Assembly (NCBI RefSeq): GCF_006345805.1
Contig: NC_042999.1
Coordinates: forward strand, 186,001 to 250,000
Origin: Octopus sinensis
Taxonomy: Eukaryota
Direction of reading: 5' to 3'
Length of the DNA stretch: 64,000 nucleotides
Position 1 is the stretch's first letter; each line of letters starts with the position of its first letter. A program made the position numbers and the translations under genes. The notes below the pieces were generated by a model. That model did no database searches and had not been told where the DNA came from. It was given only the letters and a program-made list of their open reading frames with translations. Below, in pieces: positions 1 through 13,610 of the stretch.

Positions 1-1317
1 AACAGATCACAGTATAACTTAATCAACGCTGAAGGTAATTTTACAAAGACATACTTTTTGATTATTATAAGTATAGACATTATTGGCGTGTATTGTAGCG
101 ATTAGTGAACCAGTAGATGGCGGAGAAGACTTGAAAATAATAACAAAACGCTTAAATAGTCTTTGAACGTCTAGACGAAATCTAAATAGCGTTAGGCATG
201 ATCTCTGAACCTAAGTAATTGGCAGTTCATAGCCTATGGCACTTCGTTCTCTGCTACAGTGACTGGCAGTTTGAGTATTGCTCAAAGGTGGGAGAATGGC
301 AATGACAGGAAGATTCCAAACAATTTTGTTTCATTTTCCTATTTTCTGTGCGGTAACATTTGAACACAAAATCAGATTTTCCCTCAAATTTTCCTGAAGT
401 TAATAACGTTAACGTTCATTGCTCTGGAAAATCGTACATGGTTTATTGCATAGTATAATGGGAAAGGTTGGTTATTCGTCCCCTGTCACTGTCATTTCTA
501 ATACGTTGTGTCCCAGATGGCCCTCACTGAATAGGAATAATATGCTGTTGTTATTGTTGTTTACATAGGGTGGGGGCACAATAAAATTAACAAGCATTTC
601 ATTAGTTTCCTCTGCTGAATTCAATGGCGAAGCCAACACAGAAACTGGATTCCGTTTCAGCTACAGGTCAGGTGGGCTTGTAATCATTTGATTACTAAAT
701 AATTTGATCAGCTAACAACAAAAATACCGACAAAGGAAAGAAGCTAAGAGGCGATTTATTCCAATTTATTCTTCCTTTAACAAATATTCAACCATGAATC
801 AAAGCTAGAAATAATGAAACTTTACTAACGTAAATCGTCAAGTTGAGATATTATCAAAAACTTCCCTTGCTTGTTAGTAACTATAAAGACACTACTACCT
901 CGTCTCAAGACTTAGAATTCTTTTTTTTGATCATGTAGACAAGAACGACTAAGATTTGTAATCCTTTTGATTTTTACTGGTTCTTCAGAACAGACTGAGG
1001 TTGATGTTATTGAAGTTCAACTTCGTTTATTTTTTTATGGCGAAGTTTGTAGAAGGAAATGCGAACATGGATGAAGTATCAGAAATTTGCATGTCTATGA
1101 ACTAAGAATAGATCAGGAAAAAACGTATTTGATATGAATTTTGGCTGGCGAATAACAACAGCGATGGCAAGAAGAGTGACTAACGTATCAGGTGGAATTG
1201 GATGATGTTTGTTTTTTTTGTTGTTGTTTTTTAAATATCAGTTCTAACATTTCAAAACAAACCAAAGAGAGGAAATAGTGCGTCTTTAGACTAGTGATTG
1301 TAATATGATGATAAAGG

Positions 1318-1585
1318 TTAGGGCAGCGAACTGGTCGATAAAATAAGTCCAGTTGAGCACTGGGGTATATGTAACCGACTTACCACCTGTCCCCGAAATC
1401 GATAGCCTTATGCCAAAATTTGAAACCAGTATTTTGTCTGATTCTAGGACGGCGAGCTGGCAGAATCGTTACCGTTCAAGCTAAAATGCTGAGCGGCATA
1501 TCGTCCGTCTTCTCGCTCTGAGTTCAAATTTCACCGAGGTCGACTTTGTCTTTCATTCTTTCGGAGTCGATAAAGTAATTACCTT
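1318..1585 (+). mobile_element. Two degenerate group B SINE pieces
   Basis: GGCGAGCTGGCAGAATCG head, GAGTTCAAAT, GTCGATAAA and tail GCCAAAATTTGAAACC. Confidence 0.65.
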
Positions 1586-1620
1586 GTAATTGACGCAACT
1601 TTAATTCTTAGGTCATTCTT

Positions 1621-1941
1621 GTGAAGACGCGTGGGTTAGTGGTTAGTTTATTCGGCTCACAATTGTAAGTTGTGAGTTCGATTCCAGGTAGCGCCGTATG
1701 TCCTTGAGCAGCCGCTTTATTTTACGTTGCTCCAGTCCACTCAGCAGGTAAAAATGCTTTGTTCTTGTAATTCAAAGGGCCACCCTTATTCCATTTTGCG
1801 TCACGCTGAATCTCCCTGAGAACTACGTTAAAGACACACCGGTCTGTGGAATACTCAGCCACTTGCACGTTGATTCCACGACCAGTTTGTTCCATTGATT
1901 TGATCAACTGGAAAACTCGGTGTCGTAACCGACGGAGTCCC
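1621..1941 (+). mobile_element. Group C SINE, head C1 with tail T
   Basis: A/B boxes, TTGCTCCAGTCCACTCAGC, tail GTCGTAACCGACGGAGT. Confidence 0.75.
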
Positions 1942-2504
1942 ATTTCGTTTTTCTATAACTTACATCCTGTAATCTAGTTCATTCAGTAATTTATTCACCA
2001 AAACAAACCAATCTTCAATTATACATGATGCTGGAAAACGCAATCATTTTGTTCCCATTTCGTTCCATAACATTGGTTTGTGTTTTAGAGTCTTTTAACG
2101 ACTCCAAATTTCAGTCTTTCTTTATTTTATACATCACTGGTTCGTAACAATTTTCCAAAGGCAGCTTCCTTTTGTCCACGATATTTTTAGACGGCAACTG
2201 TCACAAAAAATTAATTAAAGAAATTCCTTCAAACACTTTTATTTAATATCCTTGGGATTGATGCTTTTTCTGCTAAATATAGATTCTTCGGTTCAATATC
2301 ATGAACTTCATTGTTATGTCACTTTGTACAACGTCCAATTTCTTTATGTAGTGAATTGTTTCGCCAAAATATACGCAGCTTCAACGATGTTGGCAAACGC
2401 AATTATTTTGTAGCAATTTCCACCCAAAACATTGGTTATAATGTTTTAGAATGTTTTGATGGCCAAAATCTAGACTTTCTTATTTTATCATATCTATATT
2501 TGGT

Positions 2505-3135
2505 GCTAAGGCAGTGAGCTGGCGGACTCGTAACAACGTCGGACAAAATGTTTAGCGGCGTTTCTTCCGGGTCTTTGCTCTCTCTGACTTCAGTGTTTCA
2601 ATGAACAAAATCCAATCTTTCTTATTTTATCGTATCTATATTTAGTGCTGTGGAGGCGCGTGGCTTAGTGATTAGGGTGTCAGCATCATGATCATAAGAT
2701 TGTGGTTTCGATTCCTGGACCAGGGCGACGCGTTGTGTTCTTGAGCAAAACATTTCATTTCACGTTGCTCTAGTCCACTCAGCTGGCAAAAATGAGCACC
2801 GCTGCGATGGACTGGCGTCCCGTCCAGCTGAGGAAGACATAAGCCATTGAAACCGGGAAACCTGGCCCATGAGCCTGGCTAGGCCTTAAAAGGGTGCATC
2901 TATTATTTATTATATTTGGTGCTAAGGCAGTGAGCTGGCGGAATCATTTGACCGTCGGACGAAATGCCTAGCGGCATTTCTTTCGGTTCTTTGCGCTCTG
3001 AGTCCAAATCCCGCCGAGGTCTCAAATTTGCTTTCCATCTTTTCGGAGTCGATAAAATAACGTATGAATCAAGTACAGGTGTCGATATAATTGATTTGTT
3101 TCCTCCTGCGCAAAACTACTGGCTTTGGAACCTGA
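2505..3135 (+). mobile_element. Cluster of degenerate group B heads around a group C SINE (2648-2900) with a V/Meta-like domain
   Basis: tRNA-like A/B boxes; GCTGCGATGGACTGGCGTCCCGTCCAG..GAAACCGGGA; locally duplicated flank TATATTTRGTGCT. Confidence 0.7.
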
Positions 3136-3297
3136 AGGGGACTAACGCTGGGTTCGGGCTGGGAGATGTTGTGATCTCGGTTTTATACATGAAAATTGGG
3201 TAACCAGCCTTATGAGTGCCAGAGCTCAGGATATAAAAAAAAGAGATATTTTGTGCTATCGTAGTATCGTAATTCGATAAATGCTTTTATATATATA

Positions 3298-3801
3298 CTA
3301 GCAGTATCGCCTGGCGTTGCTCGGGTTTGTAAGGGAAATAACTATACAGCATTTTTAGAGAGTTATAGCCAAAAAATAGCAAAAAAATGCATTAAAAATG
3401 GAAAAAATATGATGCTAAATTTTTTTAAAAATCGTTGACTCATCGTAGACATTTTTAGAGAGTTACTTCCCTTTAAAAATATATGATTGATTGATTGATT
3501 CCAGTTTCAGCTCATGAGCTGTGGCCATGCTGGGGCATGAAAATGGAAAAAAATGATGGTAAATTATTTTTAAAATCGTAGACTCATCGTAGACATTTTT
3601 AGAGAGTTACTTCCCTTATCGAAAAAATGCATTAAAATGGAAAAAAATGATGGTAATTTTTTTTAAAATTGGAGACTCATCGTAGACGCGCGCTAATACC
3701 CAGAAGGGCTCGATATGAATCACGACTATAATGGGGGAGTAGTTAGGAATCTAAATCGAAGGGGACAGACACTCATACAACTACAGTTTTATATATAAAG
3801 A
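3298..3801 (-). mobile_element. Non-autonomous Helitron, copy 1 (504 bp)
   Basis: Minus strand A|TC...CCCGAGCAACGCCGGG hairpin, 8 nt, CTAG|T; internal tandem subrepeats. Confidence 0.8.
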
Positions 3802-4288
3802 TATATTTTTATATCCGTCATCATCGCAACAAAATACGTCTATCATGAATGGTTTTACTTCAAAGGAACACATAAGAATTTTATTTTTTTGTTCTTACTC
3901 ATTTTTAACGATAATAAGTATCCAGAATATATTTCAAGATCCATTTTGTCAAGTAAAAGAATTTTTTCGCTATCTCAAGCTTGCTGTGAAATATTTCTAG
4001 AATTAAATTTGCTTGAAAAAGTTTCTCCATTTTTTTTTTCCTTACCTAAATGCTTCCAATATTATTTTACAATCAATCAATGTAACAGATTTTCCCTGAA
4101 TTTAAAATTATGCCTCATTAAACTTTCAAAATATCCAAACTAAATAATGTATGCTATTTTTATATTTGTTTACTTTCTTTAGATATTCATACGCCTCCTA
4201 CTTTCTAGAAAGTTTAACCAGCATATCATAAAGGCTTATAAATCTTAGTAAGTGGTTTCTCTTGGAGAGACATCTGACTTCTAATGGT

Positions 4289-5096
4289 TTGCTTGTTTCA
4301 GTCATAAGAGCGCGGCCATTCCGAGGCACTGCTTGAAGTGGTTTAATCAAACGAAATGTACTTAATTTCTAACACTTTCTAAAATCTGGTAGTTATTTTA
4401 TCGGTGTTTTGGCTGAACTACTAAGTTATGCGCCCCTAAATAAAACAACACCGGTTGCGATATAGTATGCTGACAAACACAAGAACACACATATACATAC
4501 ATGCTCACACACATACATGTATGTATGTACACACACACACACACAAGGTTTCCGGTCAGTTTCCGTTTTCTAAATAAATTCCTTCACGAAGAATTGGTAA
4601 TCTCGGGGTTAAAGTAGAAAACACCTGCCCGAGGTGGAATGCAGGTGAACTGAATCCAAAGAAACGAAGTTGCGAAGGTGGCTCCTTTTCTGTATATACT
4701 CTTTTACTCTTTACTCTTTTACTTGTTTCAGTCATTTGACTGCGGCCATGCTGGAGTACAGCCTTTAGTCGAGCAAATCGACCCCAGGACTTATTTCTTT
4801 GTTAGCCTAGTACTTATTCTATCGGTCTCTTTTGTCGAACCGCTAAGTTACGGGGACGTAAACACACCACTATCGGTTGTCAAACGATGTTGGGGGACAA
4901 AAACAGACACACAAACATATACACACATACATATATACGACGGGCTTCTTTCAGTTTCCGTCTACCAAATCCACTCACAAGGCTTTGGTCAGCCCGAGGC
5001 TAAAGTAGAAGACACTTACCCAAGGTGCCACGCAGTGGAAATGAACCCAGAACCATGTGGTTGGTAAGCAAGCTACTTACCACACAGCCACTCCTC
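4289..5096 (-). mobile_element. Group A (tRNA-head, CORE-like) SINEs: degenerate 4289-4680 and full 4698-5096
   Basis: Head GCGCAGGAGTGGCTGTGTGGTAAG, CORE-like CCTTGGGCAAGTGTCTT, internal (TA)/(TG) tract, tail GACTGAAACAAGTAAAAGAGT. Confidence 0.85.
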
Positions 5097-5617
5097 TTCT
5101 ATATAGAAGAAATTTTATATAATATTTATTAAGATTTGCACAAAACAAGAAGGTGGCCTTATTTGTGTGATTTTTATTTATGGATTTATTTAATAACGTA
5201 TACTTTGAAAATGAAAATGGACTGACACTCTTTGATTGCGTCTGTGACTAAAGCAATCCATTGCAATGATCCCAGAGTAAGTTTTATCAAATGTGTTACA
5301 TATGAAGCATCCATGTCTTCCGACAGTTGTAGTAGCCCAGGAGCAATCGAAACGAAATGTTCCAATGCAGCTTTACTCAGACCGGAACCTTAAACATTTG
5401 CCTGTCCAAAGCATTTTCATAAGTTTGTTATAAACGTCCATGCTTGTTGTCTGACTTTTAGCTCGCCCTTGTTTTATACGTTCTGTGTATTAGAACTTTC
5501 CTTCAAAAAGTCTAAAGTTACTGTGGAGGTTTAAAAAAATGGATGTCCTTAAATCCTTAAAAATGTTTTAGCCCGAAGGCCGCGGTCATGCTGGGGCGTG
5601 TATCAATTATATATTTT

Positions 5618-6220
5618 TTCTTTTTTTATTGCCCACAAGGGACTAAACATAGAGGGGACAAACAAGGAAAGACAAAGGGATTAAGTCAATTACATCGACC
5701 CCCGTGCGTAACTGGTACTTAATTTATCGACCCCGAAAGGATGAAAGGCAAAGTCGATCTCGGCGGAATTTGAACTCAGAACGTAACGGCAGACGAAATA
5801 CCTATTTCTTTACTACCCGCAAGGGGCTAAACACAGAGTAGACAAACAAGGATAGACAGACGGTTTAAGTCGATTTAATCGACTCCAGTGCGTAACTGGT
5901 ACTTAATTTATCGACCCCGAAAGGATGAAAGGCAAAGTCGACGTCGGCGGAATTTGAACTCAGAACGTAACGGCAGACGAAATACCTATTTCTTTACTAC
6001 CCGCAAGGGGCTAAACACAGAGTAGACAAACAAGGATAGACAGACGGATTAAGTCGATTACATCGACCCCAGTGCGTAACTGGTACTTATTTAATTGACC
6101 CCGAAAGGATGAAAGGCAAAGTCGACCTTGGTTGAATTTGAACTCAGAACGTAACGACAGACGAAAATACGGCTACGCATTTCGCCCGGCGTGCTAACGT
6201 TTCTGCCAGCTCGCCGCCTT
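5618..6220 (-). mobile_element. SINE group B concatemer: one head, three bodies
   Basis: Head AAGGCGGCGAGCTGGCAGAA, B-box GAGTTCAAAT, core CCTTTCATCCTTTCGGGGTCGATAAA, tail ..TTTAGCCCCTTGYGGGYARTAAAGAAATA. Confidence 0.9.
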
Positions 6221-6282
6221 GTATGTGTATCATACATGATGCACAGATGCTAAGGAAATATATATGTGTATCACACGCGTTG

Positions 6283-6600
6283 TATGTTTTTATTGAGCGA
6301 AAATACCTTAAGCTCCACGAGGCTCCGGCAGTGGGTGGTGGCGACCCCTGTTGTACTCTCTCGCTCCAACTTTCTCTCACTCTTTCTTCCTGTTTCTTGT
6401 CCCCGGCTTCCTATGCAACCGCTGAGCCTGGGAGCGCATTCATCCATCCGTCGATGCTCTCGGTGTCGAGGGTTGACCTGCTTTCTCTTCTGCGGGTCTT
6501 ACGAATAGCAAAGGACCACGTTTCGGACTTCTCCCATCTTGCGAGCTCTGGGACGAAGACCGTTCGCTCAACAGCAATAGCAACAGGACAAGCAAAGGGT
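6283..6600 (+). mobile_element. Group C SINE body (C2 type) with a third, GC-rich tail
   Basis: TTTATTGAGCGAAAA..GCTCCACGAGGCTCCGGCAG matches 52470-52530 and 54040-54100; the 6400-6600 tail is unique in this window. Confidence 0.6.
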
Positions 6601-7407
6601 TAAAGCAATAAAAGCAAGTTATTCCTGTAGTGTCAGTATCTATAAAATTAAAAAAAATATCGTCTTACAATTTACCGCCATTATTTAAGTAACATACAAA
6701 CGCTATGAGAAGATCGTTATCGACAACTCTGGGCTCATCAGCTCGCATTGAGGGAAAAACGTTTTCAGTCTTTCAACTAATGCTCATCAATATTCAGAGA
6801 TATTTCATCAATATCTCTTTGCATTGAATCTTTGCTTAAACGTTTCAAGTTATCTGAATGATCTTCATACTTCATATTTGAAATATTAGTTTCTAACGTA
6901 GACCTTATAACCTTCTCAGTAATTTTATCACAGCCACTTTTTTTTATTTTCAATTTTTTGCAACGATTTTTGCATTCTCATATAACGCAGCATTGTCTTG
7001 ATAAAAATTGCTATCTCTTTATTTTATAAAATGTGTAAAATAGGTGGAATCTCAAATTGATTTCCAATGTCTTTTTAATAATTCAACGGTTTTATTAGCG
7101 ATTTTTCTAGATGCCTCGTTTTTTAATGATTAGAAATTCTTCGGGGGTTAAAGTTTCACCGGAAAGACTACTGTTTCACAAAAGACATTTCTTCCATCGA
7201 TATGGTTTTCTACAAAACAATAAGATAAATTTTCAACGCAGTATAAACGCCACTTTTTTTACACTCAGTTTTAGATTATTAAGGCATCTTTCACATTATG
7301 CGTTTATACTAAAAAATTTGAAGACCTTAGCGTATTAAAAATATACGAATTTTATATAAAAGGTTACATGTATCATTAAATTCTGTGGAGGTGTTATATG
7401 TATTAGA

Positions 7408-7678
7408 ACACCACGTCGTTTACGACAACGAGGGTCCCAGCTGATACGATCAACAGAACAATTTTCTCGTGAAATTAACGTGCAAGTTGTTGAGCACTCC
7501 ACAGACACGTGTGCCTTTAACGTAGTTCTCAAGGAGATTTAGCTTGACTCAGAGTGTGACAAGGCTGGCCCTTTGAAATACAGGTACTACTCATTTTTGT
7601 CAGCTGAGTGGACTGGAGCAACGTGAAATGAAGTGTCTTGCTCAAGAGCACAACGCGTCGCCGAGAATTGAACTCAAC
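7408..7678 (-). mobile_element. Group C SINE, head C1 (truncated) with tail T
   Basis: Reverse-complement match to 1621-1941. Confidence 0.78.
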
Positions 7679-7696
7679 ATCTTATATATATATATA

Positions 7697-7880
7697 GTGA
7701 GAATTTACAAAAAAGAAAACAACAGACGAAGACGGGCGTATAAACAACAAACAGATGTATTAGTTTAACGCTCGAGAAGTGAGAAAGTCTTTTACGTTTC
7801 GAGCCTACGCTCTTCGACAGAAAAGAACACAGAAATAAGCAGGGAGAGAAAATAGAAAAAGGTTTAATGGCTAGCGATTT
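7697..7880 (-). mobile_element. Probable PLE 3'-end remnant with mutated hammerhead at 7788-7826
   Basis: Minus strand reads TTTT-CTGTCGA-A-GAGC-GTAG-GCTC-GAAA-CG-TA-AAAG (A6 replaced by U), about 90 nt before (TA)n. It truncates the adjacent SINE head. Confidence 0.5.
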
Positions 7881-9744
7881 ATCATAGCGATCTATCATAA
7901 TAATAGCTGTAACGCATGATTTTGCGGTAGATAATCCAGACAGATGAGAGATGAAAACACTGGTGAATAAGATTTACGAAGCACATTCATGCATACCGAT
8001 TGCACCTTAAGCAAGGACTAAGTACTCTGTCGGAAAACTCTGATGTAACACCGTCGACCTCACTTGCATCCAATGATGCAGACTAGTTTTTCTATTGTGG
8101 CAAATACACATGTTGTTTAAAAAGCGGGACCTGGTCCGTGTACGGTCTTTCGCTACTCTTACAACGATTCAGACACACGCATCGCTTGATTGAGAATAGC
8201 TTTATTATGAGTTGCATCCGATGGCAGGCTGTTTGCTGAAAACAAAGCAAAACACGCAACAGAAAATTTTTTGATGGTATAAAAAAGCATGGGTCATCAG
8301 GGGTGGTAAGCTTTCTTAATACTTGCTGCATGAAGCGCGCATCGTTGGCACATCTGTATATGAAAGAGTACAGGGCCATGACCATGCTGATTTAACTGAA
8401 CAACCAAGCGATGGCCTTGCTCGAAATCGAGTCGAAGCCATTTACAAATTTATGTATATATCTGTGTGTGTGTGTGTGTGTATTTGCGAGTGTGTGGAAA
8501 TATGTATTTACATACATAAAAGAAGAAATGAATATGTACGAGGGTCTTTTTTATTTTACTTCTAAGCTTTACACAAAACTCAATAGAAATCGTAATATGG
8601 TATTGCTAACGGTATTACAAAGGCAATACTTTCCTTTGTAGAAGAAACGTGGATTTTACAATAATTGTTTGATGTGCAATGCCTTGACATGCTTAATTAT
8701 ACATTCTGAAGATACTTGCCATAAAAAATATCTGAAACACACTCGGCGAACTTTATTCAAAGAGAATAGGATTCTTTATTTCCAAGGAATCCTTCAGATG
8801 GTTAAAAAGAGATATTGTGTTAGGACATGAACGAAAAAACACCATCTATTTCAATGGATGCTGGAAATTCACAATGGAGAACTGGTTTGTATAAAAAGAC
8901 ATAGGATGCTGCCAAAGGAGCATCTGAGGAGTGAAATGAGTTGGTTGATGTTTTTTTGAAACTGTTGTTCGAAATATTGAAATCCAAGCCGAATAGATGA
9001 AACGAAAATAAAAGGCGAGCCTATGAACTCATACTGTAATTTAATAAAATCCAAATGAGTTTGAGGACAAATTCGGTGGAGTGATAGGGAAAAATCGATT
9101 TTAGAATCTTTAGTTAAATATTTGTCAATTCTGGCACCAAATTTCAAATCTTACCAAAGTTGATTCTGCGTTTCATCCGTTGGGGGTTCGAATCATAACT
9201 AACACTGAAGTACTGGAGGGGGATTTAATAATAGAGCACACATATCCTAAAATCTGAGGGCTTCGTGACCGTAGCAAAATATTTATAGTTATAATGCTTA
9301 TGTCGATTATATTGACATTTTCCACACTCCCTTGCTCTCAGTTGTGCCAACAATTCTGCACATATGTATGTACATGTATTATTAATTTTGTTTTTTTGGC
9401 ATTTGCTAATCTTCTCTTGACAAGGGAAGCCAGATTTACTTTTAAATTGTCATGCGATTGGTTGCCAGTTGCATACATGCGACCTTTTGCAGAAGTCATG
9501 GGAAAATCAGGATTATTATGATTACTACGTTTCCTGAAACAGCTGTCGAGTTAGCAAATAATATATTTTTTATATATCTTGTTCTGTATTTTTTATGCTC
9601 CATGGAAATATATCTATATCAAGCCTATTTGTATTTATCTCTAATACTACACACACAGAGACGCGCAATTACACGCAATCACACACACACAATCATATAC
9701 ACAAACACATTATACATTATATATTTTATATTTTAAAGCAAACA

Positions 9745-10158
9745 GACGTAGGAGTGGCTGTGTGGTAAGTAGCTTGTTTACCAGCCACATGGTTCCGGAT
9801 TCAGTCCCACTGCGTGGCATTTTGGGCAAGTGTCTTTTACTATAGCGTCGGGCCGACCAAAGCCTTGTGAATGGATTTGGTAGACGGAAACTGAAAGGAG
9901 CTCGTCGTATATATGTTTATGTATATGTGTACGTATGTGTTTGTGTCCGTGTTTGTCTCCCCAACATCGCTCGACAACCGATGCTAGTGTGTTTACGTCA
10001 CCGTAACTTAGCGGTTCGGCAAAAGAGAGCGATAGAATAAATACTAAGTACTAGGCTTACAAAGAATAAGTCCTGGGATCGATTTGCTCGACTAAAGGCG
10101 GTGCTCCAGCATGGCCACAGTCAAATGACTGAAACAAGTAAAAAAGAGTAAAAGAGTA
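9745..10158 (+). mobile_element. Group A SINE
   Basis: Full head, CORE-like domain and tail. Confidence 0.9.
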
Positions 10159-10605
10159 TATCCACAAACTTTTGTCGGACTCAGTTTGAAGAGAATCGTA
10201 TTACGCATATTTTTTTCTTCGAAATAAGATGAATGTACGACGGCGAATTATTTGCTTCTACTGTTAAAACTGAATTGAATAGCTAAGATGATGTACGAGT
10301 TGAATGAAAGTATTTTTTGTCCATCAAGAATGATGTTGCTTGAATAAACAGAAGATTTGCAGGAAGAATAATTCTCGGGCATTGATACTGAAAATTCTTT
10401 GGTTGACCCAAATATCAATAGAAATACTTCTCTTGCTCCAAGGGTGGAATGGTAATATAATGCAGGAACCACCATAGAGGATGTGTCACTCAGTTGCAAA
10501 CACATGCAAATATGCCTCTCACCGCCACACACGCACTTACGCACTTGCGCACGTATCCATAGCACAATTATATACAAATACATAATTATGTATGCTTGCA
10601 TATTA

Positions 10606-10623
10606 TATTCATCCATATATGTG

Positions 10624-10707
<84 letters not shown>

Positions 10708-10719
10708 CATATATATGGA

Positions 10720-10757
<38 letters not shown>

Positions 10758-10820
10758 CATATATATGGATGAATATATATATGTATATATATATATATTT
10801 ACATACATATATATGGATGA

Positions 10821-10851
<31 letters not shown>

Positions 10852-11050
10852 TATAGACATATATATAGACATATATATATAGACACACCACACACATATA
10901 TATATAGACATATATTGATATACATATTATTATGTATATATATACATATATATATAAACATATATATATGTATACATATATTTATGTGTGTGTGTGCGTG
11001 CGTGTGAATGTACACGCATAACTACAAATGTGTGTGTGTATATATATATG

Positions 11051-11082
<32 letters not shown>

Positions 11083-11215
11083 ATATACATATATACACAC
11101 ATATATACACACATATATATATAGACATATATATAGACATATATATATAGACACACACACACATATATACACACATATATACACACATATATACACACAC
11201 TCATATATATTATGT
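10606..11215. repeat. Compound (TA)n/(CA)n microsatellite with a 120-bp palindrome at its start
   Basis: Direct inspection. Confidence 0.9.
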
Positions 11216-12021
11216 AGCTACTCGCACACATACACGGCCACACAGGCGCGCGCGCAAAACAGACTTTAAATTTCAGATACATGTGTCGACCGTAGGGATG
11301 TGCGGAGAAGCAGGATTTGCGCCTCTGTAGATTCCTGCATTAGTTTATGAGCTCAGCATATTTCGGCACAAAGCATTAATATATTCGTTGCTTTTAAGTA
11401 AACCTGCAATATTGGAGAAATGTCCAATAAATGAATATAGAACACAATACGAAATATATAGATGCTATAAGCTATCATTCAATATGCCTACGTAAGGCAT
11501 TTCATAATTATTATCATTGAATATTCAGGTACGTTGTTATTTCTACCTTATTTCAGTTACAGAAATCACTAATATGTGTTTTTTAGTGTTTTTCAGTTCG
11601 GAGAAAGAAGCCCAGCTTTACATGCACGTTTATTGAACGTTCCTCTCTCTGGTTCGTTTGCATTTCCTCATCTCTATTGTCCACTTGAAATATAACGCCA
11701 TTTTCTTATCAAAGTCAAGTCCACTGCGAATTGTATGAGGAAATATTGCACATTCGTCCCTTACGGTGGCTCTGCTGCTTATATTTCGTTTAGCTGAGTT
11801 TATGATCTACTTTTGATGATGCTGGATCGTTAATACTGAATCACAAAGTAATGAGCGTATCTCCATCCTTTCCAGAATATCTGAAATGTCATATTGATGT
11901 GTGTACGTTGTGTTGATGTAACTCACAAATGGCAACAACTTTAGCGTATTGAATTCTGTGTTATGAGATCAATTCAATTCATATTTTCTAATTACCACAC
12001 CTTATGAATAAAAATAATATA

Positions 12022-12895
12022 TATTTCTTTACTACCCACAAGTGGCTAAACATAGAGGGGACAAACAAGGACAGAGAAAGGGAATAAGTCGATTACATCG
12101 ACCCCAATGCGAAATATCTATTCTTTACTACCCACAAGGGGCTAAACACGGGAGCACAAACAAGGACAGAGAAAGGATTAAGTCAACTACATCGATCGAC
12201 CCAGTGCGTAACTGGTACTTAATTTATCGACCCCGAGAGGATAAAAGGCAAAGTCGACCTCGTGGAATTTGAACTCAGAACGTAACGACAGACGAAATAT
12301 CTATTTCTTTACTACCCACAGGGGATAAACACGAGAGGACAAAAAGGACAGACAAACGGATTAAGTCGATTACATCGATCCCAGTGCGAAACTGGTTCTT
12401 AATTTATCGACCCCAAAAGGATGAAGGCAATGTCGACCTCGGCGGAATTTGAACTCAGACGTACCGACAGACGAAATACATATTTCTTTACTACCCACAG
12501 GGGATAAACACAGAGAGGACAAACGAGGACAGACAAACGGATTAAGTCGATTACATCGATCCCAGTGCGAAACTGGTTCTTTATTTATCGACCCCGGAAT
12601 GATGAAAGGCAAAGTCGACCTCGGCGGAATTTGAACTCAGAACGTACCGACAGACGAAATACCTATTTCTTTACTACCCACAGGGGATAAACACAGAGAG
12701 GACAAACAAGGACAGACAAACGGATTAAGTCGATTACATCGATCCCAGTGCGAAACTGGTGCTTAATTTATCGACCCCGAAAGGATGAAAAGCAAAGTCG
12801 ACCTCGGCGGAATTTGAACTCGGAACGTAACGGCAGACGAAATACGGCTACGCATTTCGCCCGGCGTGCTAACGATTCTGCAACCTCGCCGCCTT
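12022..12895 (-). mobile_element. SINE group B concatemer: one head, five tails, single 20-bp TSD
   Basis: Tails at about 12024, 12120, 12303, 12483 and 12664; TTATGAATAAAAATAAYATA at 12002-12021 and 12896-12915. Confidence 0.92.
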
Positions 12896-13077
12896 TTATG
12901 AATAAAAATAACATATTTGAACGAAATATCAGTTAGTCTTTAGTTACGCTTCTTTGTGTTCTTAGTTCAAACCTTACTGGACATAATGTTGCCCTTCATT
13001 CTCCAGCTTTAGTAAAATAGCCATTAATAAATTAATATACGTAACATTTCGGGTTATCCGTCTCTACATTTTTATTT

Positions 13078-13610
13078 GTTTATTCTTTTACGTGTTTCAG
13101 TAATGTGATTTCAGCCATGCTGGAGCACCGCTTTGAAGGTTTTTTACTCGAAGGAATCGATCCCAGGACTTATTCTTTGTAAGCCTGGTACTTATTCTAT
13201 CAGTCTCTTTTGCCGAATCGGTAGTTTACGGGGACGTAAGCACATCAACATCGGTTGTGAAGGCGGCGAGCTGGCAGAAACGTTAGCACGTCGGGCGAAA
13301 TGCTTAGCGGTATTTCGTCTGCCGTTACGTTGTGAGTTCAAATTTCGCCGAGGTCGACTTTACCTTTCATCCTTTCGGGGTCGATAAATTAAGTACCAGT
13401 TACGCACTGGGGTCGATGTAACCGACTTAATACCTATGTCTGTCCTTGTTTGTCCCTTCTATGTTTAGCCCCTTGTGGGTAATAAAGAAATAGGTTGTGA
13501 AGCGATGGTAGTGGGACAAGCACAGACACAAAAGACACACATACCTAAATACATACATACATACAAATATATACACACACATACATAATACACAAACAGA
13601 CACACACACA
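13078..13610 (-). mobile_element. Group A SINE 3' half, interrupted by a group B SINE
   Basis: Tail motifs continue on both sides of the insert. Confidence 0.8.
13260..13492 (+). mobile_element. SINE group B nested in a group A SINE
   Basis: TSD GGTTGTGAAG at 13253-13262 and 13493-13502. Confidence 0.9.

Noticed and set aside
6705-6745. Minus-strand CTGATGA hammerhead-like match
   Set aside because: GATA replaces GAAA and helices I and II pair poorly; matches at 8704, 46949, 53808 and 58317-58395 fail similarly.
8050-8430. Moderately GC-rich unique stretch with ORFs on both strands
   Set aside because: No consistent frame, splice signals or motif.
8537-8830. Possible internally deleted mariner (TACGAGGG start; YFQGILQMVKKRYCV)
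   Set aside because: No matching second TIR and the similarity is too short to support a call.
10483-11282. Many YI/IY/TH/CV-rich ORFs here and at about 19000-22800, 41700-43500, 56900-57400 and 61700-62450
   Set aside because: They are translations of (TA)n, (CA)n and (TACA)n microsatellites.
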